From: Paraphysomonas bandaiensis
Taxonomy: Eukaryota; Protista; Chrysophyceae
Length of the DNA: 64,000 nucleotides
NCBI GenBank assembly: GCA_965644295.1
Contig: CBFFRP010000151.1
Span: 1 to 64,000 of the forward strand
Direction of reading: 5' to 3'
Positions within the stretch are counted from its first letter, which is position 1, and every line of letters starts with the position of its first letter. The notes beneath the pieces were generated by a model that ran no database searches, was not told the DNA's origin, and saw nothing but the letters and a program-made list of their open reading frames with translations. Shown piece after piece: positions 24,883 to 35,947 of this stretch. The translations under genes and the position numbers were made by a program.

Positions 24883-25413
24883 TTATGGATGTATTGCTTC
24901 GCCCACCCGGGATATCGGAAGTACTAGATGCAGCCCCGATAACAGTATTGGGCCCCACATGGGGGTGTCCAGGGTCAGCAGTCCTGGACACTGGGAGTTC
25001 TGAAAAGACAATGCCACCAGCTGTCGATACACAAGTCTCTCATTGCCGGGAAGATTAAATGTGTTTATGAAATATGCTGCTGATTCTAGTGGGTAGAAAG
25101 CCCCCTTCAATACGCTGCCCCCTCCGTCCACATCTCTGATGTAGTTACAAGTACGCTGCGGGAAAAGCCTCGCAAATCTGCTGCGCGCACTGCTGCGTGA
25201 ATGGACAAGATTTCTACTGGATGGGAACGCCTCAAACAGAAAATCAAAAAAGTCAGAGCTGTGCACCACGCGCATGTCCTGAACGTCGAAGCAACGCAAC
25301 TGCCGCTCGAACTGTGGGGTGTTAAAAGATACAGTCACCATCTCCGACTGGGAGATGGTCTCCGGCAGCAAGGCGAGTCTTCTTGCCGGAGTTTCTTCCA
25401 TCAAGCTCAACAA
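24883..25413 (-). CDS. 176-aa ORF inside the Sola-like element (5' exon or accessory ORF)
   Basis: GC-richer coding-like ORF starting 190 bp inside the right TIR. Confidence 0.4.
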   Translation of the reverse strand: MLSLMEETPARRLALLPETISQSEMVTVSFNTPQFERQLRCFDVQDMRVVHSSDFFDFLFEAFPSSRNLVHSRSSARSRFARLFPQRTCNYIRDVDGGGSVLKGAFYPLESAAYFINTFNLPGNERLVYRQLVALSFQNSQCPGLLTLDTPMWGPILLSGLHLVLPISRVGEAIHP

Positions 25414-25615
25414 TATGGGTCTACACTACAATAATACACACTTTTTATTCTCTATCTATATGGATATGGCGCCTGGCTCCTTAATAGAAATTGTGGTTAT
25501 TTTGACAACAATTTCAAAGCTCTACACTCATATTCCATACGAAAACATCAACACAAAAAAAAGAAGTGGGACCGCACTGGTCCGCTTTGTCGAAAAACGC
25601 CTCCTAGCTAACTGC

Positions 25616-25766
25616 CGTATCTGCATCCTTTGTATATTTTTGTTCCAAGTTGCCTCTAATATTGAGACAATAATTATATGTATACCAGCCGTAGTTGTAT
25701 GTAGGTAATATAGAAGATTTTTGCTTCAATTTATTTCCGAAAAAGAAGATGCTAACTGCCCATACG
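25616..25766 (+). mobile_element. 151-bp module/MITE family A, copy 4
   Basis: Termini CGTATCTGCA...TGCCCATACG plus the conserved core. Confidence 0.93.
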
Positions 25767-27052
25767 ATGCTCTTCCAGCCTATCAGTCTACACTATTAAG
25801 ATTGAAATCTATATCCCTCTTGCATTAAAACATGAATGTATCATCAACTACAGTGTGTTATGCTCCTATAGAGACGTCCGTTACTCCAGTGCCTCCTATA
25901 CAAGCATCACATCAAACTATATAACAAACTCATTCAATGCATCATTACAATGCGGATCTGCTCAGTATCTACACTACAGTAGAATCATAGTGTGGTTGGT
26001 GCTGTTGGTAGCATTGATAGTACTGTGACTGCTGTATTGTATAACCAACTCATCTATATATAAGTCATATACGGATAGTGTTCATTCATACACATTCATT
26101 AGACAGATACACTGCTATTCATTACAAGGTGCCAATGAGATAAGAGTGACAATCTATCGTATCTCATGATATACTGATGATCAATGTAGTATTATCGATG
26201 ATGAACTACTACGTTCACGTAATGTCCATATATCTAAAAGCGTGAACCATTTTCACCGCAAGCACTGAATTTAATCGCTCCTCCAATAAAGAGAATCTTG
26301 TGTAATACGGACGTATTGGCATTCCAGTGTTATACTTTGTGTACGTCATTATAGAGAACTGCACTAGATAAATAATATGAGATTTTAGACCATTTACTTG
26401 CGGGAGTGTATTATGTAGCACCTTCTGGTGAATAAAATGTGAAGTACTTAGAGGTGTCTCCTTTTTGTTCACATTTTGTATCCACGTTTTATCGTAGTGA
26501 TCCCATTCCAAAATTAACGGCATGCAGTGATTAATGTATTAAGTTTTGCTTATGATGGCAAATGTATATGTTGCCGTTTGTCGTTTCCAAAGATATAAGA
26601 ATGTAAGATAGCTATTCCTGAGATTGATATTTGATTATCTGAATGTAGTCTAAGATTGATTGGTGAGATATAGTTCAATATAGCTAAGTTAAAGAAATGA
26701 CGAAAAATGATTTTCATATTTGTAATTGAGTGATTTCTGAGTTTAGTTACTAAATTCTTTGAATCAACATGTAAATTTTGATACTTGTTGGGTCACAGGC
26801 GATGGAATATAGGCCTGGCAGTTTTTAGTCGCTAGCACCGAAACAAATATAGAGTCGACTTCGAAACAAGTCACATTTCGCCATAATTTTTATTGTTATG
26901 TTTTATGATGAGTACTGTTTGCCATGCAACAAGTAGTAGCCAGCATATAGGTCATCAAAACTCATCTTCAGTAACAGTTTTTCCAAAACTGTACGTACAA
27001 GAGAATACTTGCACCTAATTACATAAACGACAAAGTGCTTACATATATACAG

Positions 27053-29647
27053 TCAGTATAACGCATAGATTGCAAAGCGTGCACCCACTTCAGCTGCTTC
27101 AATGCCTCTGTCAGGGTTAGAATCTCCGGGTTCTCTTTTACGCTTGCTTCCTTCACTTCTCCATAGAAAGATAAACACAATACCAGCACTAAAAAAGAAC
27201 AAAGTAGATAGATACACATCAGCCGACTGGTTTCCTCCCCCAGCACCTGAATCGTACACCAACAAGGCGATCTGCATGGCAATAGCCGTAACATTCAGAC
27301 ACATCTGTAAATGCATATCTTGGGTTTCCTTATAGGGCTTATGATAAACAGTTATAGCCGCTGATATAGCGAGAGTGAACACAGTTAATATCCCCTGTAG
27401 AGTGCCACTCCTCACAAATGTCAGCCATAAAACAATTACAAATTTCTTTGGCATCTCCACCTGACTATCCCACAACTCGTACGAGTTTTTATAGTAGCAT
27501 ATATTGTGTTCGGATGACAGTTCCTCATCAACCCAACATTTTGTAAAATGAAACCACAGTAGATATATTACTAAGAGTAACAGCGCCAGCGTTGCATATC
27601 CCGCCCACTTCTTAGGAGGATCTTCAAAGCACCGCACAGAAGGATCCCAAGACAAAACATAGTACGCACCGTCATTTACAGGCACACAATCCCACATACG
27701 TAGTGATTGAGAAAAGGCAAATACATAAAGCATAGATACATATATTCCAAGAGCTTTTAATCGCACACGGTCACCGTTGAAACACTTCACACTCGCTTCA
27801 AGACCAATGTAAACCAAAACGGGCAGAAATACAAGCATTATCCATGTATTAAAAGAGGTGAATTCGTTGTAGCAACCGGGTGAGAATAGTAAATCACTTA
27901 CAAATTGCCCTACGAATAGTCCAAACCATTTAACAATAGCATTGAATCCTGGAGGCAAAGTAAGGTGAAACGATGTCATCATGCACAAAATCTGAAACTG
28001 GGTGATTGATATGCTAACAATTGCCCTTGTCATGGTAATAACACTCCCAAAGAAAACAATGATCGCGCCGACAACAAGAGATCCAAGCAGACCCAATGTG
28101 TACAGATACCCAATATGTAGCGTAGAGCACGGATGACATGAATTACCGAGCAAAAAATAGTCATCTATGCACTTAGAACACCCGTATCCTTCATGCTTGT
28201 CCGCACAATTAGTACCATCTGGACACCACTCCTTATGTAAGCATGGTATACAGGACTCCGTGACTGGGTCCAGCACACTTCCAGCTCTACACAGCGACGA
28301 GTACGGTACACTGCACTCGCTGATATCAATTGCACCTCTACCAATAGTGGTAAACTGCTGAGGACACTCTTTGCAGTCCCAGGCTGATCCACTTCGATAG
28401 TATCCCTTATCGCAACGGAACTCATGCACATAAATTTTATTGGAGAATTTGGACATTGTCACAACGTCCAATCCAACAACAGTCGTATTCATGTAGGCAA
28501 TAGTCACTGATCGTGGTCCCCCACTTCTTCTAATAATATGGTATGGAATAAAATTCATGCTGTTATTGTCATTTTTATACAGCGTGACTCTGTTGCCTTG
28601 TGGCTGGGAAAGCAGTACATCAAGGTCTCCATCCTCGTCAACGTCTGCTACGCTGATCGATGAGATGGGATTAGCAAACCGGTTCTTATAAAATCTAGAT
28701 TGTGCAAAAGTTCCACTAGATATCTGTTCATGCAAAATGCAGAATCCTGGACGACGGGTGTGAAAGTGTTCTTGACTAGAATGTGAGGTAAGTACATCCA
28801 AATCACCATCACCATCAATATCACCCACGGCCAGTGACATGGTGCGCGCAACATTTAAAATTGTGTGAGGGGTAAATATATTGTGTCCATCCCACTTGTA
28901 CCACATCACACCGGGGGAGTATGCAGCAAGGATGATGTCTAACCGTCCATCACCGTCAACATCATGTATAGCCAGAGAAGCTGTGTGACGAACGTTGTCT
29001 TGTACCAGCACCCCATCCACCATAAACTCACCGACACTCACTTGGCGGTAATACCGAAGCATGTCGCCACTCACCGCGATTATATCTAATCTGCCATCAC
29101 CATCAATATCCCCAGTAGTAACTGCCCATGCACCATGAGGATATCTACATTCAACGCATGATTTTTTTTTTATAACTGTACTTAATACTTTCTCTTCAAA
29201 GAATGTACCACCATGATTTATATATAACACAACACTAAATTGATACTTATATCCCATAGATACAATAAAGTCAAGATGGCCATTATCATCAACATCAGCT
29301 ATAGCAACAGCTTTAATCATTTCAATTTTATAATTTTCACTAAGTAATTCATATATCACTTTATAGTCATATTCAGTTTGTTGTAATATAACTAGTTTAC
29401 TCCAATAGCCAGTTTTCTTTTTCTTTTTTGATCGTAATACAGCTAATATATCATTGTATCCATCATTATTAAAATCACCAACTTGATGAGCCCATAAATG
29501 TCCACCAGTTGATTTATATACAGCTTGATTATGAAATCGACCGTTTTGACATGATATGATCTCAATATGAATGAGATATATAAGAAATACAAACCATAAT
29601 TGCATGAATATCATTGTATGTATATTGTGAGTTGTGAATAGATTCAT
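27053..29647 (-). CDS. FG-GAP/VCBS beta-propeller + Cys-rich ephrin-receptor-like repeats + multi-pass TM domain (receptor-like), single exon
   Basis: Signal peptide; repeated GD[FI]NNDG/DVDDNG/DIDGDG..D motifs; CDKGYY...CKECP...TT..RGA...SEC; C..GYGCSKC...CHPC; about 8 hydrophobic segments including DPSVRC. Confidence 0.9.
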   Translation of the reverse strand: MNLFTTHNIHTMIFMQLWFVFLIYLIHIEIISCQNGRFHNQAVYKSTGGHLWAHQVGDFNNDGYNDILAVLRSKKKKKTGYWSKLVILQQTEYDYKVIYELLSENYKIEMIKAVAIADVDDNGHLDFIVSMGYKYQFSVVLYINHGGTFFEEKVLSTVIKKKSCVECRYPHGAWAVTTGDIDGDGRLDIIAVSGDMLRYYRQVSVGEFMVDGVLVQDNVRHTASLAIHDVDGDGRLDIILAAYSPGVMWYKWDGHNIFTPHTILNVARTMSLAVGDIDGDGDLDVLTSHSSQEHFHTRRPGFCILHEQISSGTFAQSRFYKNRFANPISSISVADVDEDGDLDVLLSQPQGNRVTLYKNDNNSMNFIPYHIIRRSGGPRSVTIAYMNTTVVGLDVVTMSKFSNKIYVHEFRCDKGYYRSGSAWDCKECPQQFTTIGRGAIDISECSVPYSSLCRAGSVLDPVTESCIPCLHKEWCPDGTNCADKHEGYGCSKCIDDYFLLGNSCHPCSTLHIGYLYTLGLLGSLVVGAIIVFFGSVITMTRAIVSISITQFQILCMMTSFHLTLPPGFNAIVKWFGLFVGQFVSDLLFSPGCYNEFTSFNTWIMLVFLPVLVYIGLEASVKCFNGDRVRLKALGIYVSMLYVFAFSQSLRMWDCVPVNDGAYYVLSWDPSVRCFEDPPKKWAGYATLALLLLVIYLLWFHFTKCWVDEELSSEHNICYYKNSYELWDSQVEMPKKFVIVLWLTFVRSGTLQGILTVFTLAISAAITVYHKPYKETQDMHLQMCLNVTAIAMQIALLVYDSGAGGGNQSADVYLSTLFFFSAGIVFIFLWRSEGSKRKREPGDSNPDRGIEAAEVGARFAIYALY

Positions 29648-30096
29648 AAGAGTTGTGAATCTATGGATGAGTGATCAATTCCATATTCCATAGATATGGA
29701 TTCTGATTTCTGGTAAATGTGAACAAGCAATTCCTCATTCAAGAACCCAATCCAATAAAAACAGGGGGTTTCAAGAACACATACCACACTATGTTGGGGT
29801 TTTCTAATCAATTAAATATAAAAATATGAGAAATATACAGTATAAAATCTGGAATATTTGATTTAATGTATTTCTATATTTTAAGAAATGAGGATAATAA
29901 TAAAAATGTACTATTTTTCACAAAAAATTGTTATGGCCGTCCCCTTCCCAACACGACCCCCTCAGTTTTTAGTTCCGTAAAAACCCCATTTTTATATATC
30001 AGATGATTTGTACATGATATGAGTGTGTTTGTACTGCTGTACATAGGAGTGTGTGTACTGATGTATGTAATATAGCAGTACTCAGCAGAGCCCACA

Positions 30097-30247
30097 CGTA
30101 TCGGCATCCTTTGTATATTTTTGTTTAAATATGCCTCTAATATTGAGACAATAATTATGTGTATTTCAGCCGTAGTTGTATGTATGTAGTATAGACAATT
30201 GTTGCTTCAATTTATTCCCGAAAAATAAGATGGTGACTGCCTATACA
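30097..30247 (+). mobile_element. 151-bp module/MITE family A, copy 5
   Basis: Termini CGTATCGGCA...TGCCTATAC plus the conserved core. Confidence 0.93.
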
Positions 30248-31756
30248 TCCCAGTATGATGGAGTGAGCATATCTTACTATTAATAGCATTGTGGTTGCAT
30301 TGTTTCGGTTAGTATCCATTGATCGAAATGAGGAAACAATCTTCAAACAGATAGCGATTGTTCTCATCATTGAGATGAATGTCTGGAGATCTGGAGCTGT
30401 GTGTGTATGTTACTGTATGGTTATATAGTGGAGGGTAGAGTAGACCACACCTTCCTCACATCCCTCCTACTGTATCAGATATTGATGAGACTTGGAGCTC
30501 TTATGAAGCCGGACGTATTCGTATTTGACTCGATACATGCATACATCCCATATGAGGAGAGCATTGCATGACTGTGTGCATAGTAGTGTATAATAAGCTC
30601 TGTGTTTATACGCAGACGAGCTGCTATCACACTGTCATGCCCCAGTGAAGTTTGTCATTATGTGTGATGTCAAGTAATGGTTTCACTAGGTAGATAGCAA
30701 ATAACATATGGGACTTAATCAAGTATTAGTTAGACTCCCAACCGGATGATATCGCAGTTACTGCTGAGTACAAATTCGGGTTGAGATCACTGCTAGTAGT
30801 GTATACTAAGTTATGTCTATGTACAGAATAGTGCAGTCAAGTAATGGTTGTGTACTTCACATTTGAGGTGAATCCCTGTGTTTATTCATATGAATTCATT
30901 TTACGATATAACCTACACTACAGTAGAGTCATCGGGTGGTTGGTAGCATTGATATTGTTCTTTTGTACTGGAGTGAGTCGTAAGTTGATATTTCCATAGA
31001 TTAGTTAGTGATGAAGAGCGTAGAAATATATTTAATAAGAAGCGTTCAGTCTGCACACTACAGACGAGTGGATAACTTGTACAATTTAGATATCACGTAT
31101 ACACAATACACACACATCACGACAACGAAAGGAGTAATAATATGAAATCTGCACTACTTTTCGCCCCTCGATGGAGGATCACAATGTTCATTAACCAATA
31201 CTTCAACTGAAGCCGCTACAGTAGCTTACTCTGTTTTATTGTCCTCGATATTATTAATCATATAACTTTCAATTTGAAAGTAAGTGTTGCTAAGTGTCGA
31301 AAATGTATATATAAGTATACTATATAGTGTTACTAAGTTGTTACTAAGTGTGAATAGAAGTAAGTGTTGCTAAGTCAGCTACATACTCTTCTAAACTCTC
31401 CTATGTTTGGATCTCGGTATTGAGTAGATCACAAAGACCATTTCCCTGGGATGTTGTCCAATGAGTAGCATGTAAGGACTAGATTTTATTCCGGAGAGAT
31501 ACCTGCTGTTTTTCACTTTGGATAGGCCTCTACGAAGCCAGTTCTGGACACTTTGAGTATACGTAAAAATTAATATTAGCTTTAGGCCGAGAGGTTTCCT
31601 ACACATTCTCCACTGAGTATGTAATACACACGATTACATAATTATCATTAGATTGTTATTACTTCTTGTATTATTTAGAATAATAGACAGCTCCTAAAAT
31701 ATAGGCCATAATGCATAATAAGAATAAAGACATTTCAAAGCATTCAAACGTCCACA

Positions 31757-32489
31757 CTACGGAGCAAAGTGGAATATCCTCCCAAAACATGGACATGGAG
31801 GGTCCTGTGAACGAAGCCACTGTAGTACATTCAAGTGTCCACCTTCTACAGCAGCTTCGCAAGTATATTCATTCCATGGACATGGAGGGTCCTGTGAACG
31901 AAGCCACTGTAGAACTTCCAGGTGTCCACCACCTGCAGCTGCACTGCAAGTGTTTTCATCCCATGGACATGGAGGGTCCTGTGAACGAAGCCACTGTAGT
32001 ACATTCAAGTGTCCACCACCTGCAGCACTACCGCAAGTATATTCATTCCATGGACATGGAGGGTCCTGTGAACGAAGCCACTGTAGAACATCCAAGTGTC
32101 CACCCCGTGCAGCTGCACTGCAAGTGTTTTCATCCCAGGGACATGGAGGATTCTGTGAACGAAGCCACTGTAGAACATCCAAGCGTCCAGCAGTAGCAGC
32201 AATAGTGCAAGTATATTCATTCCATGGACATGGAGGGTCCTGTGAACGAAGCCACTGTAGAACATCCAAGTGTCCACCCCGTGCAGCTGCACTGCAAGTG
32301 TTTTCATTCCATGGACATGGAGGATTCTGTGATACGAAGCCACTGTAGTACATTCAAGTGTCCACCCCGTGCAGCTGCAGTGCATGTTTCTTCACCCCTG
32401 AGACATGAAGGATCCTGTGAATGGAGCTGCTGTAGTTCATTCAAATGTCCACCCTCAGCAGCAGCATTGATGAGAGAGATATCAGACAT
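31757..32489 (-). pseudogene. Ankyrin-repeat gene (PCPW-type, about 9 repeats) with a frameshift near 32333
   Basis: ORF 32304-32489 and ORF 31757-32353 form one repeat array in two frames; GATACGAAG replaces GAACGAAG. Confidence 0.8.
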
Positions 32490-32731
32490 ATGAATACTGA
32501 TAATACGATGAGATTGTAGGAGACTAATCGAGTCTTAATACACAGCGACACAATGAGATGAGGGTCTATATATACATACATACACATCTCCACATCCAGA
32601 TACACATACATACAGTACATACATACACGAGACAGACTACATCAAAGAAATTTCTTCAATAGTGTACACCGTCTCGTACGTACAGGTATATATATATGCT
32701 GTATATGTATACAGTAGAAGAAAATTCCTCA

Positions 32732-33036
32732 ACATACATACATACATACATACATACATACATACATACATACATACATACATACATACATACATACATA
32801 CATACATACATACATACATACATACATACATACATACATACATACATACATACATACATACATACATACATACATACATACATACATACATACATACATA
32901 CATACATACATACATACATACATACATACATACATACATACATACATACATACATACATACATACATACATACATACATACATACATACATACATACATA
33001 CATACATACATACATACATACATACATACATACATA
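32732..33036. repeat. (CATA)n microsatellite, about 76 perfect units
   Basis: Seen directly. Confidence 0.98.
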
Positions 33037-33078
33037 ATACATGTACATATGTGTATATGGTATATGGTGTAGGGGGCT

Positions 33079-33240
33079 CTACTGATGCCGTCTGTGGGAT
33101 TATGTCGATCCAGCAAAAAAATCGACCTTTTTTCGTTATTTTTGTGAAATATATTCGTCAAAAAACAACATGCATCAAAAAAGCCTGGATTTTTTTTGCT
33201 GGATGGACATATTCCGCTGGATCGATATTCCCACAGACAG
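33079..33240. mobile_element. MITE family B
   Basis: Inverted arms GTCTGTGGGATTATGTCGATCCAGCAAAAAAATC / GATTTTTTTGCTGGATGGACATATTCC..CCCACAGAC. Confidence 0.75.
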
Positions 33241-33535
33241 GATGGTATAGGTATACCAGTGTACCGTATCAGGATGAGATGGGTAGAGGGAAAGTACAAA
33301 GTGTGCTACAACACTATATCTATCCAATCAAATAATATAAATTCTCTTTCTCTTGAAATGATTTGTTATATATATATTTCTTCAATATTGTAGTTGAAGT
33401 AAATTCATATTGAAGTGAGTATGTGAATTAGTATGTATGTAAGTTTGAAATGATTTGACATCATCTTCATAATTTCATTAAGTCTCATACATACATACAT
33501 ACATACATCGATCTAATCTATTGAATTCTTTTATA

Positions 33536-34933
33536 ATGAATTTAATGAAAGAAACAAGTAAAAGATTTCAACATGTCTTAAGTATGGAACAGAAAAGAGT
33601 ATATGATTTCAATGAAGGGGATGACAATAGAGTGTTGTATGGTATAAAGGGCTCTGATCTATGCGTATTAAACAAGATGTTATTACCAATTCCACCTGGT
33701 TTTATTCTGACAACTGAAAATTTTATAGAATATATGAATACAGGCGAAAAATTAAATGAAAAATTAAAAACAGAATATAGAAATCATATACATGCATTAG
33801 AAAGACATACTGGACGTAAGTTTGGTGGTGCATCGAATCCTAGTGGAACATCGAATCCTAGTGGAACATCGAATGATAAGAAATTACCATTATTATTATC
33901 TGTACGTGCAACAGCTCCTATTGTTGTACCTGGGTATGTGGATTGTATTGTATACTATATATGGTCTTATTATTGTATATATACAGTCTTATGGATACCA
34001 TACTTAATGTTGGAATGAACGATGTTGTGGTGAGTTATCTGACGGGACTTAATCAAGGATACACTAAGTTTGCTCTGGATCTTCATCGACGCTTCTTGTA
34101 TATGTTTGGTGTCCTCGTGCTACGTAACAGTGCTGCGAAGTACGAACGGGTTTTGGCGACGGCAATGGATATGGATGAGGTGGACAATGTGGCTTCGTTG
34201 ACCTGTCAAGGCCTTGCATATGTGGTTGGGGAATTCAAGAGGTTTACTGCTGCACCGGATGATCCATACGAGCAGCTGGATATGGTCATCGAGGCAATGT
34301 ATCAGCACTCTCTTTCGCCGAGGTACTGATAGATCGGATGCATATGTTTTTGTTGACTAGTTTACTGTGTGTAGAGTATCTGAGTACCTGGACATGTACA
34401 CGTCTTCTGTTCAACAGACCCCAAGGTCCTTGGCTATAATAGTTCAGATGATGGTATACGGCAATCTCAACAGAAATTCGGGTAGCGGCGTGGCCTTCAG
34501 TAGGCCCCTCAGTGAGAGCCAGGATAGAGATGGGGATGGTTTCCCTGTAGGAGAGTATCTGGTCAAAGCAGAGGGTAAAGAGGTGTTAGAGGGAGACAGA
34601 GACCCTTCCCCAATGGAGGTAAAATACTGCAATACAATACTTTAATTATCATTTGTTAATACTTTTTACTTGCAGGACCTCAGATACACTATGCCTAATG
34701 TTTATAGAGAACTCCTTCAGCATATGTGGACCATGGAAGAGAAAGACAGAGCCATTGAATATGTGGAATTTACGGTAGAAGATGGCGTACTGTATGTGCT
34801 CGAGACAAGTGCGGTGAATCTACGGCCTAACAGGAAGGATGCACGGTTTGTTGTGTACTATGACCTTCTTCGGAAACTGCAAGAGGAGGAAGAAGATGAT
34901 GAAGAGTACAAAATGAGAAAGGATTTCAAGTAA
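33536..34933 (+). CDS. Stand-alone pyruvate phosphate dikinase N-terminal (ATP-grasp) domain protein; join(33536..33933,33987..34322,34375..34618,34676..34933)
   Basis: YGIKGSDL, LPIPPGFILTT, PLLLSVR, PGLMDTILNVGMN, QMMVYGN..SGSGVAFSR, GEYL, VEFTVEDGVLYVLET; three in-frame GT-AG introns; stop before the His-carrier domain. Confidence 0.88.
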
Positions 34934-35269
34934 TTTGGGTTTCTTATCAACATAGAGTCTTGTTATTGTACATGGCGTGATAATGTCGGTGATTTTCTAT
35001 TTAGAAACGTACCTAGCAACTGTTGGTGAACTTTGAAGAATTTTCTATACTTACTTAGTCTGATAATAAGTTAGTTTGAACGCTTGTCCGTATGAGTTGA
35101 TTTAAGTCTTTTTCAGTGGATTGTACGTCGCCCACGCAGTACAATTCTTAGTTGTGTGGACTAGTTATATACCTGTCAACTACTTGAATGCAGTAAATAG
35201 TGCTTGAAAGAAAATGAAATAACTGAAAAAGACTTTCACACTATGCTGAGATTATATATTAGTAACATA

Positions 35270-35410
35270 TAATATAAGTAAGTGAAGTATAGTAAGTTGT
35301 TACTTAGTGTGAATAGAAGTAAGTGTTACTAAGTACTAAGTAATATAAGTAAGTGAAGTATAGTAAGTTGTTACTAAGTGTGAATAGAAGTAAGTGCTAC
35401 TAAGTAAGAT
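35270..35410. repeat. TAAG-rich ~71-bp duplicated unit, also related to 31300-31377
   Basis: GTTACTAAGTGTGAATAGAAGTAAGTG occurs twice here and once near 31340. Confidence 0.75.
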
Positions 35411-35947
35411 AAACTTATGATCGCCAGATTCATGTTGGCTCCACTACCAACTACCAAGAATCATTTCCATGCAATCTTAGGTATCACGATCTTATACGGT
35501 CAACTTATTTCAGTTTCGCTAATATGATTACTATCATAACATTAGTTCTCGTAATTAACAGTCATAATTCAAATACCTTTGAACTACAGCAAAACTCAAC
35601 AAATAATAAATGGCCATAATAAAAGATTCGTAGAATACTGTATATTATCCGTCACTGTATTGAATTTCATCATAGCTTTAATTAGCTCTAAGCATACCGC
35701 ATACCAGTTCAAGTTAATGGACTAGTCATCTGTCAACTACTTAAATGCACTGAATAGCTATATAGTGAAAATAGTGGTCATTTACGTAAAAAAATTACTG
35801 GAGACGAGAGGTTACTCTATCACTATGCACTTCATATATATAATACTACCTTATGTCATATTCAATCAAAATGTCATGAACGTAAGTACAGCTCCCATCA
35901 ACACCCATAAAAATAACTAAATCTGATACAAGAATACTCCTAACTAC

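Larger units (their letters stand above)
21012..25603 (-). mobile_element. 4.6-kb DNA transposon with GAG...CTC termini and CTAG flanks (Sola-like), carrying nested insertions
   Basis: TIRs GAGACGTTTTTCGACAAAGTGGA / GAGGCGTTTTTCGACAAAGCGGA plus shared GGTCCCACT; CTAG at 21008-11 and 25604-07. Confidence 0.75.

Noticed and set aside
26130-26250. CTGATGA as a possible hammerhead ribozyme core (also near 50631)
   Set aside because: No matching stem II/GAAA architecture found.
29760-29995. AT-rich upstream blocks resembling 11600-11760 and 49400-49710
   Set aside because: Only short shared words (AAAACCCCATTTTT); no definable termini.
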